From an uncultured Pseudomonadota bacterium (GTDB taxonomy: Bacteria; Vulcanimicrobiota; Vulcanimicrobiia; Eremiobacterales; Eremiobacteraceae): a stretch of DNA of 64,000 nucleotides. Under the pieces are notes generated by a model, which saw only the letters and a program-made list of their open reading frames with translations, was not told where the DNA came from and searched no databases. Both the position numbers and the translations under genes were made by a program. The stretch covers positions 416,001 through 480,000 of the forward strand of contig CAVTNB010000003.1 of assembly GCA_963736005.1 (NCBI GenBank), read 5' to 3'. This document shows positions 11,108-21,359 of the stretch, piece by piece; within the stretch, counting starts at the first letter, position 1, and every line of letters starts with the position of its first letter.

Positions 11108-12112
11108 CTAAGCCTTCGCTTTTTGTACCGTCGTCGCGCTTCCGTTCAGCGGTTGGGTTAGGCCTCGTATGCCAATGCGGGCAAGCGCAGCTGCCCCGAT
11201 GACGCCAGCATTGTTGCCCAGCTGTGCGGTGATAATCTTGGTCATCCCCTTGGGCACCATCGTCGTCAGGTCGTCGACGAGTTTCGTCAGCGGTTCTGCC
11301 AGCATCTTCGAGTCGGTTTGACCGACGCCGCCACCAAGCGCAATGACCGCTGGGTTGGTGAACGCGACGATGTTGGAAACGCCCAGCGCCAGGTCGGCCA
11401 TGTAGTTCTTCCACGCGGCAAGTGCATGTTCGTCACCGCGCGCAGCCGCCTTGCGAATCATCTTGCTGCCCCACTTTGCTTGAGGCTTGCGCGTCAGCAA
11501 CGTGCTGCGCGGGAAGGACGGCGCGAGCGCGAGCGCATGCCGCAAGAGTCCGGTGCCCGATGCTTGCGCTTCGAAGCAACCACGCTTGCCGCACGTGCAG
11601 ATAAAGCCCGTGTTGGGTCGTATGACGTGGTGACCAACTTCGCCCGCTCCCATGGCGTTGCCCAAGATCAGGCGACCACCGGACACAAGGCCTCCACCGA
11701 TGCCGGTGCCAAGCGTGATCAGCGCAAATTCAGTCGTTCCTTTACCCGATCCGTAAAGAAATTCGCCCAGCGTTGCGCAGCGCGCGTCATTGAGGATGTG
11801 AATTGGTTGCTTGACGCGGCGTTCTAGGAGAGAGCGAAGCGGCACGTCGCGCCAACCAAAATTGGGCGAGAAGCGTATGGTGCCGGTTTTTTCGTCGATA
11901 TTTCCCGGCGATCCGATGCCAAGACCGATGCAATCTTTGTCGCCGACGACACTCAGCACCAACTGCATGACTTGGACGATCTGGTCGACGACGTGCGCCG
12001 GGTCGAGCGATGTCAGATCTCGCTCAGCTTGGTCGATGATCGTTCCATCAGCGGCAACGGCGCCCGCCGCGGTGTGTGAGCCGCCCAAGTCGATGCCGAT
12101 GGCAAATTGCAT
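11108..12112 (-). CDS. ROK family sugar kinase (glucokinase-like)
   Basis: GIDLGG, NDA, GTGIGGG, GEVGH, CTCGKRGCFE. Confidence 0.9.
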   Translation of the reverse strand: MQFAIGIDLGGSHTAAGAVAADGTIIDQAERDLTSLDPAHVVDQIVQVMQLVLSVVGDKDCIGLGIGSPGNIDEKTGTIRFSPNFGWRDVPLRSLLERRVKQPIHILNDARCATLGEFLYGSGKGTTEFALITLGTGIGGGLVSGGRLILGNAMGAGEVGHHVIRPNTGFICTCGKRGCFEAQASGTGLLRHALALAPSFPRSTLLTRKPQAKWGSKMIRKAAARGDEHALAAWKNYMADLALGVSNIVAFTNPAVIALGGGVGQTDSKMLAEPLTKLVDDLTTMVPKGMTKIITAQLGNNAGVIGAAALARIGIRGLTQPLNGSATTVQKAKA

Positions 12113-12123
12113 GCCGACTCCTT

Positions 12124-12210
12124 TGGTGCCCAGGACAGGACTCGAACCTGCACCGGTTTTACCCGACTAGCCCCTCAAACTAGCGCGTCTACCAATTCCG
12201 CCACCTGGGC
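12124..12210 (-). tRNA. tRNA-Leu(GAG)
   Basis: GCCCAGG..GGAATTGGTAGAC..CTAGT-TTGAGGG-GCTAG..long variable arm..GGTTCGAGTCC..CCTGGGCACCA; 87 nt with encoded CCA. Confidence 0.95.
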
Positions 12211-12221
12211 GAGCACCAGAA

Positions 12222-12247
12222 AGCGGACCTAAAGGTCCGCTGCTCCA
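12222..12247 (-). repeat. REP palindrome family B (AGCGGACCTAAAGGTCCGCTGCT.C)
   Basis: Same hairpin at 20600-20685, 29309, 56021; degenerate copy near 4958. Confidence 0.75.
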
Positions 12248-12284
12248 TGAGCGTCACGAATTGATTCGCGATTGAACGCCGGAT

Positions 12285-13214
12285 TCATTGGATGTTGGGG
12301 TCGAGGGCGTCGCGCAAACCGTCTCCCATATAGTTAACGGCCAATACCGTAATGAGGATCATGAGACCTGGATAGATGGCAGCCCACGGGGCGATCGTAA
12401 TGTTCTCTTGCGCATTCGCGAGCATACTGCCCCACGACGCCACTGGCGGCTGGATGCCGTAGCCCAGGTAGGACAAGACCGACTCGAGCAGGATGACGTT
12501 GCCGACATCGAGCGTTGCTTGGACGACGATTGGCGCGACTGCATTCGGCAAGAGGTGTTTGGCGACGATGCGCGCATCGCGACAGCCAATCGCGCGAGCC
12601 GCCTCCGCAAATTCTTTCTCGCGAAGGCTCAAGAACGACCCACGCACCAAGCGCGCTACGTTCATCCACGAGAGCAGGCCGATGATCAGCACGATCGAGC
12701 TGAAGTTCAGCGATGCTTTGCTCGATGAGGCAGCCACGATACCGGTGAGCACGAGCAGCAACGGCAACAACGGAATGGACAGGAACGTATCGGTAAGTCG
12801 CATGAGCAACCCATCGATTCGACCGCCATAGTATCCGGCAATGGCGCCGATGAACGTGCCGAGCACGACCTCGATGACGACCGCAAAGGTGGCGACCGTC
12901 AGTGAAATGCGCGCGCCGAAGAGGAGGCGCGTATACAGATCGCGCCCGATCTCATCAGTCCCTAGCCAGTGTCCGAACTGCCCGGGAGCGAGCGGAGTTC
13001 CTTGCCAGTGCGTGTCGATGGCATTTGGATCAAAGTGTGAAAGCCAGGGTGCAAACACGGCACCGCAGACCATGAGCAGGAGGACGAACCCGCCGGTGAG
13101 CGCCAGGCGATGGCGTTTGAACTTGCGCCACGTTTGGTGCCGTTCTTGGACGAACTCATCATCGTAGCTCGGTGCGAGTACTGGTTGTGGCAGGGCATCG
13201 GTTACGTAGGCCAT
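12285..13214 (-). CDS. Oligopeptide/dipeptide ABC transporter permease (OppC/DppC type)
   Basis: HWLGTDEIGRD, EAARAIG EAA loop, HLLPN, GDGLRDALDP. Confidence 0.92.
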   Translation of the reverse strand: MAYVTDALPQPVLAPSYDDEFVQERHQTWRKFKRHRLALTGGFVLLLMVCGAVFAPWLSHFDPNAIDTHWQGTPLAPGQFGHWLGTDEIGRDLYTRLLFGARISLTVATFAVVIEVVLGTFIGAIAGYYGGRIDGLLMRLTDTFLSIPLLPLLLVLTGIVAASSSKASLNFSSIVLIIGLLSWMNVARLVRGSFLSLREKEFAEAARAIGCRDARIVAKHLLPNAVAPIVVQATLDVGNVILLESVLSYLGYGIQPPVASWGSMLANAQENITIAPWAAIYPGLMILITVLAVNYMGDGLRDALDPNIQ

Positions 13215-13226
13215 GAGGTTCGCCTT

Positions 13227-14210
13227 TTAATCGTACTTCACGCGCGGATCGAGCCAGCCATACGCGAGATCCGCCAGAAGATTGAAGAAAACAACTAAAA
13301 TAGCGCTGAGGACGAGATAGGCCATCAAGAGCGCAAAGTCTTGTTGTCCAAGGGCAACGATGAACAGCCTGCCCATACCGGGCCAGGCAAAAATTGATTC
13401 AGTGACGATCGCGCCGGAAAACAAACCTGGAAGCGAGAGCGCCGTGATGGTGACGACCGGCATGAGCGCGTTCTTCAAGCCATGCTTCAACAAGATGCGC
13501 ATGAAGGGCAAGCCCTTTGCCGCTGCCGTGCGCATGTACTCGGTATGCAGAACCTCCTGCATCGAAGCTCTGGTAAAACGCGACCACGTTGCCAGTAGCA
13601 ACATCGAAAGCGTCAACACCGGCAAGACGAGATGCTGCACGCGATCCCAGAAGCCGCCACCTTCAGTTGAGGTCATGCCCGCCGATGGAAAACTGTAATC
13701 GAAAGCATAACCGAAGGCCTGCCAATGAAAACCCTTCACAGAAAAAAGCATCTGCAGCATCAAGGCAAACCAGAAAACCGGCATCGAGAACCCGAAGAAC
13801 GCAAAGGTCGTCACAAAGTAATCGACGAGGGAATATGGCTTGACCGCCGCGATAATGCCGAAGACCAAACCCAGGGCAATGGCAACCGCATAGGACAGCC
13901 CCATGAGTTCGAGTGTCGCCGGTAATCTTTCGAGGATGGCGTCCTTGGCCGGCGTGGAGTTCATTGTCGACCAGCCCCAATCGCCTTTGAGGTAGTTGCC
14001 AAGCCACGAAACATACTGGATCCAAACGGGCCGATCCAAGCCGAAGTTATGTTTGAGCCGAGCGATGTCTGCAGCGGTAATATGCGGGTTCTGCATGTAG
14101 GGAGCGAGCGGCCCACCCGGCATGTAATGCAGAATAGTAAATAAGATGATGCTGATGAATATCAGCAGCGGAATAGCCTGCAACAATCGCCGAATCGTAT
14201 AGTTTAGCAT
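13227..14210 (-). CDS. Oligopeptide/dipeptide ABC transporter permease (OppB/DppB type)
   Basis: RLPATLEL, TAAAKGL...HGLKNAL, ESIFAWPGMG, LDPRV. Confidence 0.92.
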   Translation of the reverse strand: MLNYTIRRLLQAIPLLIFISIILFTILHYMPGGPLAPYMQNPHITAADIARLKHNFGLDRPVWIQYVSWLGNYLKGDWGWSTMNSTPAKDAILERLPATLELMGLSYAVAIALGLVFGIIAAVKPYSLVDYFVTTFAFFGFSMPVFWFALMLQMLFSVKGFHWQAFGYAFDYSFPSAGMTSTEGGGFWDRVQHLVLPVLTLSMLLLATWSRFTRASMQEVLHTEYMRTAAAKGLPFMRILLKHGLKNALMPVVTITALSLPGLFSGAIVTESIFAWPGMGRLFIVALGQQDFALLMAYLVLSAILVVFFNLLADLAYGWLDPRVKYD

Positions 14211-14280
14211 GCCGGCTGAGCCAGGTTTTTTCTGTAGTTTGGACCCTCGGACCTTTGCCCTTTAAGGCTGGAGCAAAGCC

Positions 14281-14307
14281 AGGGGCGATTTTCCAATCGC
14301 CCCCTAC
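14281..14307 (-). repeat. REP palindrome family D
   Basis: Reverse complement GTAGGGGGCGATTGGAAAATCGCCCCT matches 10089-10115; its TAG is the acnA stop. Confidence 0.75.
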
Positions 14308-17048
14308 ATCAGTTGGCGCAAGACGTATGGGAGAATTCCTTCGTGTCGGTAGTACTCGGCCTCATCCGGCGTATCGATCCTCGCACGAACCATGAATTGC
14401 GTTTTCTTCCCGTCTTTGGTGCGCGCGCTCACGGAGAGACGTGCTCCCACACCAACACCGCCGGCAATGCCTGTGACGTCATACACCTCTTCGCCACTCA
14501 AGCCAAGCGTTTCAGCACGTTGTCCGGCGTCGAACTCAAGCGGCAAGACGCCCATCCCTATGAGATTGCTACGATGAATGCGTTCAAAACTTTCCGCGAT
14601 CACGGCGGCGATGCCGAGCAGTTTGGGCCCCTTTGCCGCCCAGTCGCGCGAGGAACCAGAGCCATATTCCTTGCCCGCGATCACGAGCAAGGGGATGCCT
14701 TCGGATTGGTAGCGCAGCGACGCATCGAAAATCGACATCTGTTCGTTGCTCGGCAGGTGCCGCGTGACGCCCCCTTCAGTTCCCGGCGCGAGTTTGTTGC
14801 GCAACCGAATATTCGCAAACGTGCCTCGCATCATCACTTCGTGGTTGCCCCGGCGCGCGCCATACGAATTGAAATCCGCAGGGCTGACGCCGCGCTCGAT
14901 GAGATACGCACCCGCCGGACTGTTCTTGGCAATATTGCCTGCGGGCGAGATGTGGTCGGTCGTCACAGAATCGCCTAACACGGCAAGCACGCGCGCGTCA
15001 ACAATATCTCGGCGCGGCTGCGGGGTTGCGGACATTCCGTCAAAAAATGGCGGGCGGCGGACGTATGTTGACCCGGAGTCCCAGGCGAAGCGCTCGTCCG
15101 CCGACACGCGCAACCCTTTCCAGCGCTCGTCACCACCGAACGCGTCAGCATACTGGCGCCGGAACATTGACTCCGCAACGCACTCGGCGACCGTCGCTCC
15201 GATCTGTTCGGGTGAAGGCCAGATGTCTTTGAGATAGACGGGCTGCCCCGACGCATCGTGACCCAACGGCTCGCTCAGTGGATCGAAATCCATCGTACCG
15301 GCCAGCGCGTATGCCACGACAAGCGGCGGCGAGGCAAGATAATTCGCCCGCACGAGCGGGTGGATGCGGCCTTCAAAATTCCGGTTGCCTGAGAGGACAG
15401 CGCAGACAACCAGCTCGTGCTCGGTGATCGCTTGCGCGATGGCTTCGTCGAGCGGGCCACTGTTGCCGATGCACGTCGTGCAGCCGTAGCCGACAAGATA
15501 GAACCCGAGCTTTTCCAGATAGGGCGTCAGACCGGCCTTGAGCAGATAATCGGTAACAACTTTGGAGCCTGGCGCGAGACTTGTTTTTACCCAGGGCCGC
15601 GCGGAAAGACCGCGATCGACTGCATTTTTGGCGAGCAACCCCGCGCCGACCATGACGCTGGGATTCGATGTGTTCGTGCAACTCGTGATTGCCGCAATCA
15701 CGACGGCGCCGTCGTGAAGGTCAATATTTTCTCCGAGCTTCGTGCAATAGGTCGCCTTGCGCCGAGGTGCCGCGGTAGTTACACTGCCACCTTCGGACGC
15801 CCACTGTTCGACTGCCCCAGGGGAAGCCTTGGCCGGACTGCGCCCTTGCTCGAAGGCTGCCAGAGCGCTTTCAAAGCTGGCCTTCGCCAGGCGCAGGGGC
15901 ACTCGATCTTGCGGGCGCTTTGGGCCCGCAAGCGACGGTTCAACGTTTGCGAGATCGAGTTCGAGGACGTCGGTGAAGAGGGGATCCGGGGAACTGTCCG
16001 TGCGGAACAAGCCTTGCGCACGCGCATACGCGCGAACGAGATCGATGCGCTCGCGGGCGCGCCCAGTGAGTCGCATGTACTCTAATGTAGCATCGTCGAT
16101 CGGAAAGATGGCAACCGTCGATCCGTATTCGGGAGACATGTTACCGATGGTCGCTCGGTCAGCGACACTCAGACTCGACAACCCCGTGCCGAAGAACTCG
16201 ACAAACTTATTGACCACGCCTCGCTTGCGCAGCATTTCCGTCACGGTGAGCACAAGGTCCGTGGCAGTGGCACCCTCGGGCATTTTCCCCGTGATGCGAA
16301 AGCCAATGACTTCGGGAATGAGCATGGTGAGGGGTTGCCCCAGCATTGCCGCCTCGGCTTCGATCCCTCCAACGCCCCAACCCAAGACGCCCAATCCGTT
16401 GATCATGGTTGTGTGCGAGTCGGTGCCCACAAGCGAATCAGGGTAGACGATGGTTTCTCCGTCGCGCTCCTGCTCAAAAACAACGCGGGCGAGGTACTCG
16501 AGGTTGACCTGGTGCACGATGCCAGTGTCGGGTGGCATCGCGACGAATCGGTTCAAAGATTGCTGGGCCCATTTGAGCAATGCGTAACGCTCGCGATTGC
16601 GCTCGAATTCCAAGTCCGCGTTGATGCGAAAGGCGCCAAGATTCCCCCATGCGTCGACTTGCACCGAGTGGTCAATGACGAGTTCAACGTCTTGCAGAGG
16701 ATTGATGCGCCTGGGATTGCCGCCGAGCTCGGCCATCGCGTCGCGCATGGCTGCCAGGTCGACCACCGCCGGCACACCGGTGAAGTCTTGGAGCAGCACC
16801 CGCGCGGGATACATTGCAATGTTGGCAGTGGATGGTGAAGCGGGGTTCCAGGATGCGAGGGCCTTGATTTGATCGGCGGTGACGGAGCGCCCATCTTCGC
16901 GGCGCAACAAATTTTCCAGGATGATCTTGAGCGAGAACGGGAGACGCGAAGGGTGGCCCACGCCAGCGCGCTCGAGCTTTTCGAGGCTCCAATAGGAGAG
17001 CTGACGCTCACCGACTTCGAGCTTGGCCTTGACTTCGAACGTATCCAT
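14304..17048 (-). CDS. acnA: Aconitate hydratase A
   Basis: QDFTGVP, DSHT, AITSCTNTSNP, GYGCTTCIGNSG, GSGSSRDWAAKG. Confidence 0.97.
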   Translation of the reverse strand: MDTFEVKAKLEVGERQLSYWSLEKLERAGVGHPSRLPFSLKIILENLLRREDGRSVTADQIKALASWNPASPSTANIAMYPARVLLQDFTGVPAVVDLAAMRDAMAELGGNPRRINPLQDVELVIDHSVQVDAWGNLGAFRINADLEFERNRERYALLKWAQQSLNRFVAMPPDTGIVHQVNLEYLARVVFEQERDGETIVYPDSLVGTDSHTTMINGLGVLGWGVGGIEAEAAMLGQPLTMLIPEVIGFRITGKMPEGATATDLVLTVTEMLRKRGVVNKFVEFFGTGLSSLSVADRATIGNMSPEYGSTVAIFPIDDATLEYMRLTGRARERIDLVRAYARAQGLFRTDSSPDPLFTDVLELDLANVEPSLAGPKRPQDRVPLRLAKASFESALAAFEQGRSPAKASPGAVEQWASEGGSVTTAAPRRKATYCTKLGENIDLHDGAVVIAAITSCTNTSNPSVMVGAGLLAKNAVDRGLSARPWVKTSLAPGSKVVTDYLLKAGLTPYLEKLGFYLVGYGCTTCIGNSGPLDEAIAQAITEHELVVCAVLSGNRNFEGRIHPLVRANYLASPPLVVAYALAGTMDFDPLSEPLGHDASGQPVYLKDIWPSPEQIGATVAECVAESMFRRQYADAFGGDERWKGLRVSADERFAWDSGSTYVRRPPFFDGMSATPQPRRDIVDARVLAVLGDSVTTDHISPAGNIAKNSPAGAYLIERGVSPADFNSYGARRGNHEVMMRGTFANIRLRNKLAPGTEGGVTRHLPSNEQMSIFDASLRYQSEGIPLLVIAGKEYGSGSSRDWAAKGPKLLGIAAVIAESFERIHRSNLIGMGVLPLEFDAGQRAETLGLSGEEVYDVTGIAGGVGVGARLSVSARTKDGKKTQFMVRARIDTPDEAEYYRHEGILPYVLRQLM

Positions 17049-17072
17049 GTTGCGCTTGCTCCGCCGAGAGAT

Positions 17073-17098
17073 TGGGAGACTTGACAGTCGCCCGCTAC
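17073..17098 (-). repeat. REP palindrome family C
   Basis: gggagacttgacagtcgcccgctac, near-identical to the 38850 copies. Confidence 0.7.
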
Positions 17099-17108
17099 GC
17101 GTGGTTTA

Positions 17109-18558
17109 CTACGCGGGGCCGGCTGAGTAGCCTGGTTTCCCGTCGAACGTGTACAAGTGTTCCGTCTTGATGAAGTCGTAGCCCGCTTCCCCGATGCGAC
17201 CAAGCAGGGCAAGGATGTCACTGTGCGCGAGCACCGATCCATCTGACCCGAGGAATCTCGCCCGCCAATGGTCCGTGCAAAACGTCTCGGGGAAACCGCT
17301 CGGCCACACCACTGTCCCCCGATTGAACACTGCTTGAAGCTTCATTCGATTCGAACCTAGGCGGCTCAACGCCGCGCCCAACGCCTCCGGCTTCGCCGAA
17401 GCCAAGTCAAGATAGACGTCGACGCCGACCAGGGCTTTGGCCTGCGATTTCGCCGCTTGCATTGTGGTGGTGACCCGTTTGCTCGAGCTCGGCCTCTCGA
17501 TACGCCGCAGGCACGAGCCTCGTGGGAGTCTGCCCCAGCCTGGCGATGACTGCCTGGGCAAACTCCTTCGTTCCAACTTTCTCTTTGCTGAGCCCGTCTT
17601 TATGAATGTCATACGTATGGATGCCATCTTCGATTGTGCGCAGCCACGCGTTCTGCGCGCGCGCGGCGACGTCTATCTGACCGATGTGCAACAGCATCAG
17701 GATAGCGCCTTGCAGCAGCCCCGATGGGTTGGCAAGATTTTGATTTGCTCGGCGCGGCGCCGAGCCATGGATCGCCTCGAACATGGCGGCAACGTCGCCG
17801 ATGTTCGCTGAACCGGCAAGGCCCACCGACCCTGCAATCTGCGCCGCGACATCTGAAAGGATGTCGCCATACAGATTGGGCAGCACGAGCACGTCAAACG
17901 CCTCCGGCGTATCGGCGAGCTTGGCCGCCCCAATGTCGACAATCCAAAACTCGCTCGTCAGGTCTGGGTATTCTGTGGCAATTTCATCGAAGACCTTATG
18001 GAACAATCCATCGGTGATTTTGAGAATGTTGTCCTTAGCGAAGCACGTCACTTTCTTGCGGGCATTGGCGCGCGCATATTCAAATGCAAAGCGAACGACT
18101 TTCTCGCTGCCTGGACGCGAGATAAGCTTAAGTGCTTCGGTCATTTGCTGCGTCTGGCGGTACTCGATGCCACCGTACACGTCTTCTTCATTCTCACGCA
18201 CGATGATCAGATTCATCCCGGGGTATTTCGTTTCAACGAAGGGCGCGTAGGCGACGGCGGGTCGCACATTGGCGTACAAGCCAAGTGCGGTGCGCGTGGT
18301 GACGTTCAGGCTCTTATACCCGCCCCCTTGCGGCGTCGTGATGGGAGCCTTCAGAAAAACCCGCGTGCGGCGCAGCGACTCCCACGCGTTCGGCGCAATG
18401 CCTGCGGGGTTGCCCGCGAGGTAGACCTTCTCGCCGATTTCGATGACCTCGATATCCAACGCCGCGCCCGCTGCGATGATGATGTCAAGCGTCGCGCGCA
18501 TGATCTCGGGGCCGATGCCGTCGCCATAGGCGACCGTGATCGGTGTTTTTGACGTCAT
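17109..18558 (-). pseudogene. icd: NADP-dependent isocitrate dehydrogenase, frameshifted near 17440-17500 (possibly an assembly error)
   Basis: MTSKTPITVAYGDGIGPEI, KAPITTP, NLYGDILSD, EAIHGSAP; C-terminal domain (LVGVDVYL..NRG..WP..TDHWRARF..IKTEHLY.FDG..GYS) lies in another frame. Confidence 0.85.
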
Positions 18559-18727
18559 GGATATCCTCGAGGAAAGGAGCTTTGTGGAAGCTTCATGGGC
18601 CCGCCAGCAGCTCTCCTGTTCGCCTTTCGCGTTATGTCGGCGCATGGTATCGTCCCTCGTCCCCAAAACACCCGCACGAAGATTTTCCGCGACGAGCGAG
18701 GTGGGTTTCGTGTCCAATCCAGCCGCC

Positions 18728-20257
18728 GTGCTCGGCCAAGTGGGGCTGCGTGGTCTCGCCTCGCCTCTCGCGATCACGCGCGTTGCGTGGATCGTTGTCG
18801 TTGCGACGACAGTTTTGCGTCTGGTGGTCGCTGCTCGGCTCCCGCTCTCCGGCGATGAAGCGTACTATTGGGAATGGAGCCGCCGCCTCGCGTTCGGTTA
18901 TGTCGATCATCCCCCGATGGTGGCATGGCTCATCGCGCTGTCGACTCTCGGCGCGAAGAGTGTATTTTTGATCCGACTTCCCTTTGTGCTCTGCGGTCTC
19001 GGGTCAGCCATTGCTCTATCTGCCTTTGCCACGCGAGCTGCTGGGGACGAGCGAGCTGGAGCCGTTGCCGCGCTCTTGTTGTCGCTCGCACCGTTTGCAA
19101 CCATCGCTTTTACGATGGCCGCCCCGGATGGCCCCGAACTTTTCTTTTGGAGTCTGTCGCTGTATTTGGCGCTCCGCGCGTTAGACGCAAGCGCTCCAAG
19201 CTGGCGAGTGCCGCTCGCGCTCGCGGTAGCCCTTGCTATTCTCTCAAGCGTGTTGGGCGCGTTCTTGGCGGTTGGCGTCGCGTATGCGCTCGTCCTCAGC
19301 ACGAGTCCAGCGATCGTGCGACGCCTACACGTTCGACCCGATCAAAACGCCCTGGTGGCGGCGCTGCTCTTCGCCGTGACCATCAGCCCGTATCTTTTCT
19401 GGGATGCGTCGCATGGATGGCAGGCTCTGCGCTTCGCATTGCTCGGGCGCCACACGCCTATTCCGGAAGGCAACTTTCTCACGCTTATCGGGCTCACCGT
19501 TGCTGTGTTGACGCCGGGGATTTTTCTCGCAGCATTTCCTGCCTGCGTGCGGCTGCTCCGAGGGTCCTCGCTCGTCGAGCGGCTGCTCCTGGCAACCTCC
19601 CTACCGTTGCTCGCCCTTTGTTGCTTACTCTCGCTGCGTGAGAAGGTCGAGTTCAACTGGATCGATGGAGCATTCGTCTCGTTGATTGCCGCGATAGGAT
19701 TTTATGCCCCACGGATGTTCAATCGCACGAGCTTCCTCTTCGTCGCAGTACCAGCTGGCATTCTCAGCGCAATCCTTTTTCTCGTTGCCATCACGCCTAT
19801 CGGGTCCCTTCGGTTTGTCGAGCACACGTTGGGCATTCATCTTCGCAACCAAGGCGCGTTTGAAATCTGGGCTTTTGAGCCGGCTGCCCGCGACCTTGTC
19901 AAAGAGGCAGCGGCGAGCGGCGCGATGGTTATGACTGACGGCTATGGTCTTTCCAGCGTGCTCGATTTCTACGCTGGCATTCCCCCGGTTGTCATCGGTT
20001 ACGATCGGCAGGGCCAGGAGGCTCGCGGATGGCTGGGCGGTCAGATGCCGCCAACGGCGATTTTTTTCGATAAAGAGCCGCTTGGATCGCGACCAGACTT
20101 CCAACAGCAGCTTGCGCGCGCGTGCGCGGTTGTGACCGATGATGGAACGCGAACCTACTCCATCGATGGTCAGGTAACGCGGACGTTTTATTTGACCCGC
20201 TGTGAGGGCCTCACACCGGCCGGCTTTTCGCTGCTGCTTTTCAAGAACAAGGTATAA
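18728..20257 (+). CDS. GT39/ArnT-like polyprenyl-phosphate glycosyltransferase (start uncertain)
   Basis: DEAYYWEWS..L.FGY.DHPP motif, many TM segments; ORF-track start 18536 overlaps icd, so a GTG at 18728 or 18740 is preferred. Confidence 0.8.
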   Translation: MLGQVGLRGLASPLAITRVAWIVVVATTVLRLVVAARLPLSGDEAYYWEWSRRLAFGYVDHPPMVAWLIALSTLGAKSVFLIRLPFVLCGLGSAIALSAFATRAAGDERAGAVAALLLSLAPFATIAFTMAAPDGPELFFWSLSLYLALRALDASAPSWRVPLALAVALAILSSVLGAFLAVGVAYALVLSTSPAIVRRLHVRPDQNALVAALLFAVTISPYLFWDASHGWQALRFALLGRHTPIPEGNFLTLIGLTVAVLTPGIFLAAFPACVRLLRGSSLVERLLLATSLPLLALCCLLSLREKVEFNWIDGAFVSLIAAIGFYAPRMFNRTSFLFVAVPAGILSAILFLVAITPIGSLRFVEHTLGIHLRNQGAFEIWAFEPAARDLVKEAAASGAMVMTDGYGLSSVLDFYAGIPPVVIGYDRQGQEARGWLGGQMPPTAIFFDKEPLGSRPDFQQQLARACAVVTDDGTRTYSIDGQVTRTFYLTRCEGLTPAGFSLLLFKNKV

Positions 20258-20304
20258 CGTCGGGAGAAGGGGCGACCGACAGATGGGGGCAAATCAGTTG
20301 GCAC

Positions 20305-20610
20305 ATGGACACGAGCACGTATGCTGCCGCTTCCTTTACGCTTTTGCGCGATGCAACCGCTGCTATCGATTGGTTTCGCAACCAAGGGATCGCGCCTGAA
20401 TCCATTCTTGTTGCCGCCCAGCCACCGGGTGAGCCACCGCGCGCGCCGCGCCGTGGTGACAATCTGCGCAGCGATCTCACCTGGGTCGTTGCCCTCGATC
20501 TGCAAGCGGCGGCGCTTCCGCGTTCGGTTGTCCGTGGCACGTTCCAACGCGAGGGCGGTAAGAATCTTTCGCGGGTTCCGACGTTTTCGTTTCTTACGGA
20601 GCGGACCTAA
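20305..20610 (+). CDS. Hypothetical protein
   Basis: ATG-started 101-aa ORF filling the gap, co-oriented with neighbours; stop falls inside a REP. Confidence 0.55.
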   Translation: MDTSTYAAASFTLLRDATAAIDWFRNQGIAPESILVAAQPPGEPPRAPRRGDNLRSDLTWVVALDLQAAALPRSVVRGTFQREGGKNLSRVPTFSFLTERT

Positions 20611-20685
20611 AGGTCCGCTGCTACACCTTAGCGGACCTAGAGGTCCGCTGCTACACCTTAGCGGACCTAGAGGTTCGCTGCTCCA
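20600..20685 (-). repeat. Tandem triplet of REP family B, 30-bp period
   Basis: agcggacctaaaggtccgctgctacacctt-type unit at 20600, 20630 and 20660. Confidence 0.85.
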
Positions 20686-20706
20686 TAAGGCAAAGGCGAT
20701 GGTGCC

Positions 20707-21321
20707 ATGATCGTAGCCATCGGCCGAGAACTTGGCTCAGGCGGCAGAGAAGTCGGCGAGCGCGTTGCGCGGGAACTTGGCGCGGAACTGCTCGACAATC
20801 AAATCATCGATCTCGTCGCCGCTCGCATTGGGGCACCCACGGCCTACGTGCGGGCGCGCGATGAAAACGTTGAAACGTTCGTCGACCGGCTCTTTCGCGT
20901 CATCACGTCAGCCTATCCTGAAGCGTACGCCGCCGAGGGATTGCCCGACTGGTCCGAAGAGCGCATGGTGCAGCTGACCGGAAGCATTATCCAAGAGCAC
21001 GCCGGCGCCGCTTCGCTGGTGGTCATTGGCAGGGGAGCTCCGATGTTGCTGCGCGAGCGCCGCGACGCCGTGCGCGTGTTCATCACGGCGCCGGTGAGCG
21101 TGCGGGTTGCGCGTTTACGCGAACGAACCGGGTGCAGCGCGGACGATGCGGCGCGCGAGATCAAAAAGTCCGACCAGCACCGCTTTGCGTACATGCAGCA
21201 GTATTACAGTGTGGACTGGCGGGATCCGACGCTGTACGACCTCATCGTCAACACAGAGCATGTGAACGTCGACGCGGCCACGAGCCTTATCATCCAAGCA
21301 GGCAGGTCGATGCTCATGTAG
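20707..21321 (+). CDS. Cytidylate kinase-like family protein
   Basis: IAIGRELGSGG P-loop, VIGRGA, D..R..Y..YY..DW.DP.LYDL..NT. Confidence 0.85.
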   Translation: MIVAIGRELGSGGREVGERVARELGAELLDNQIIDLVAARIGAPTAYVRARDENVETFVDRLFRVITSAYPEAYAAEGLPDWSEERMVQLTGSIIQEHAGAASLVVIGRGAPMLLRERRDAVRVFITAPVSVRVARLRERTGCSADDAAREIKKSDQHRFAYMQQYYSVDWRDPTLYDLIVNTEHVNVDAATSLIIQAGRSMLM

Positions 21322-21343
21322 TCGCGCGAATTTATTCGCGCGA
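21318..21343 (+). repeat. REP palindrome family A
   Basis: GTAGTCGCGCGAATTTATTCGCGCGA; its TAG is the stop of the upstream gene. Confidence 0.8.
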
Positions 21344-21359
21344 TTTCTATTCGCGTTTG

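Noticed and set aside
12124..12210. tRNA-Leu as an integration site
   Set aside because: The flanks are housekeeping genes; no integrase or duplicated tRNA 3' end is seen
18559..18777. Mutually overlapping N-terminal extensions of icd and the glycosyltransferase
   Set aside because: Artefacts of longest-ORF calling; icd has a GAGGA RBS before ATG 18558
20600..20685. Possible mini CRISPR array
   Set aside because: The 30-bp units are contiguous with no unique spacers, the same unit is dispersed elsewhere as a REP, and there are no cas genes
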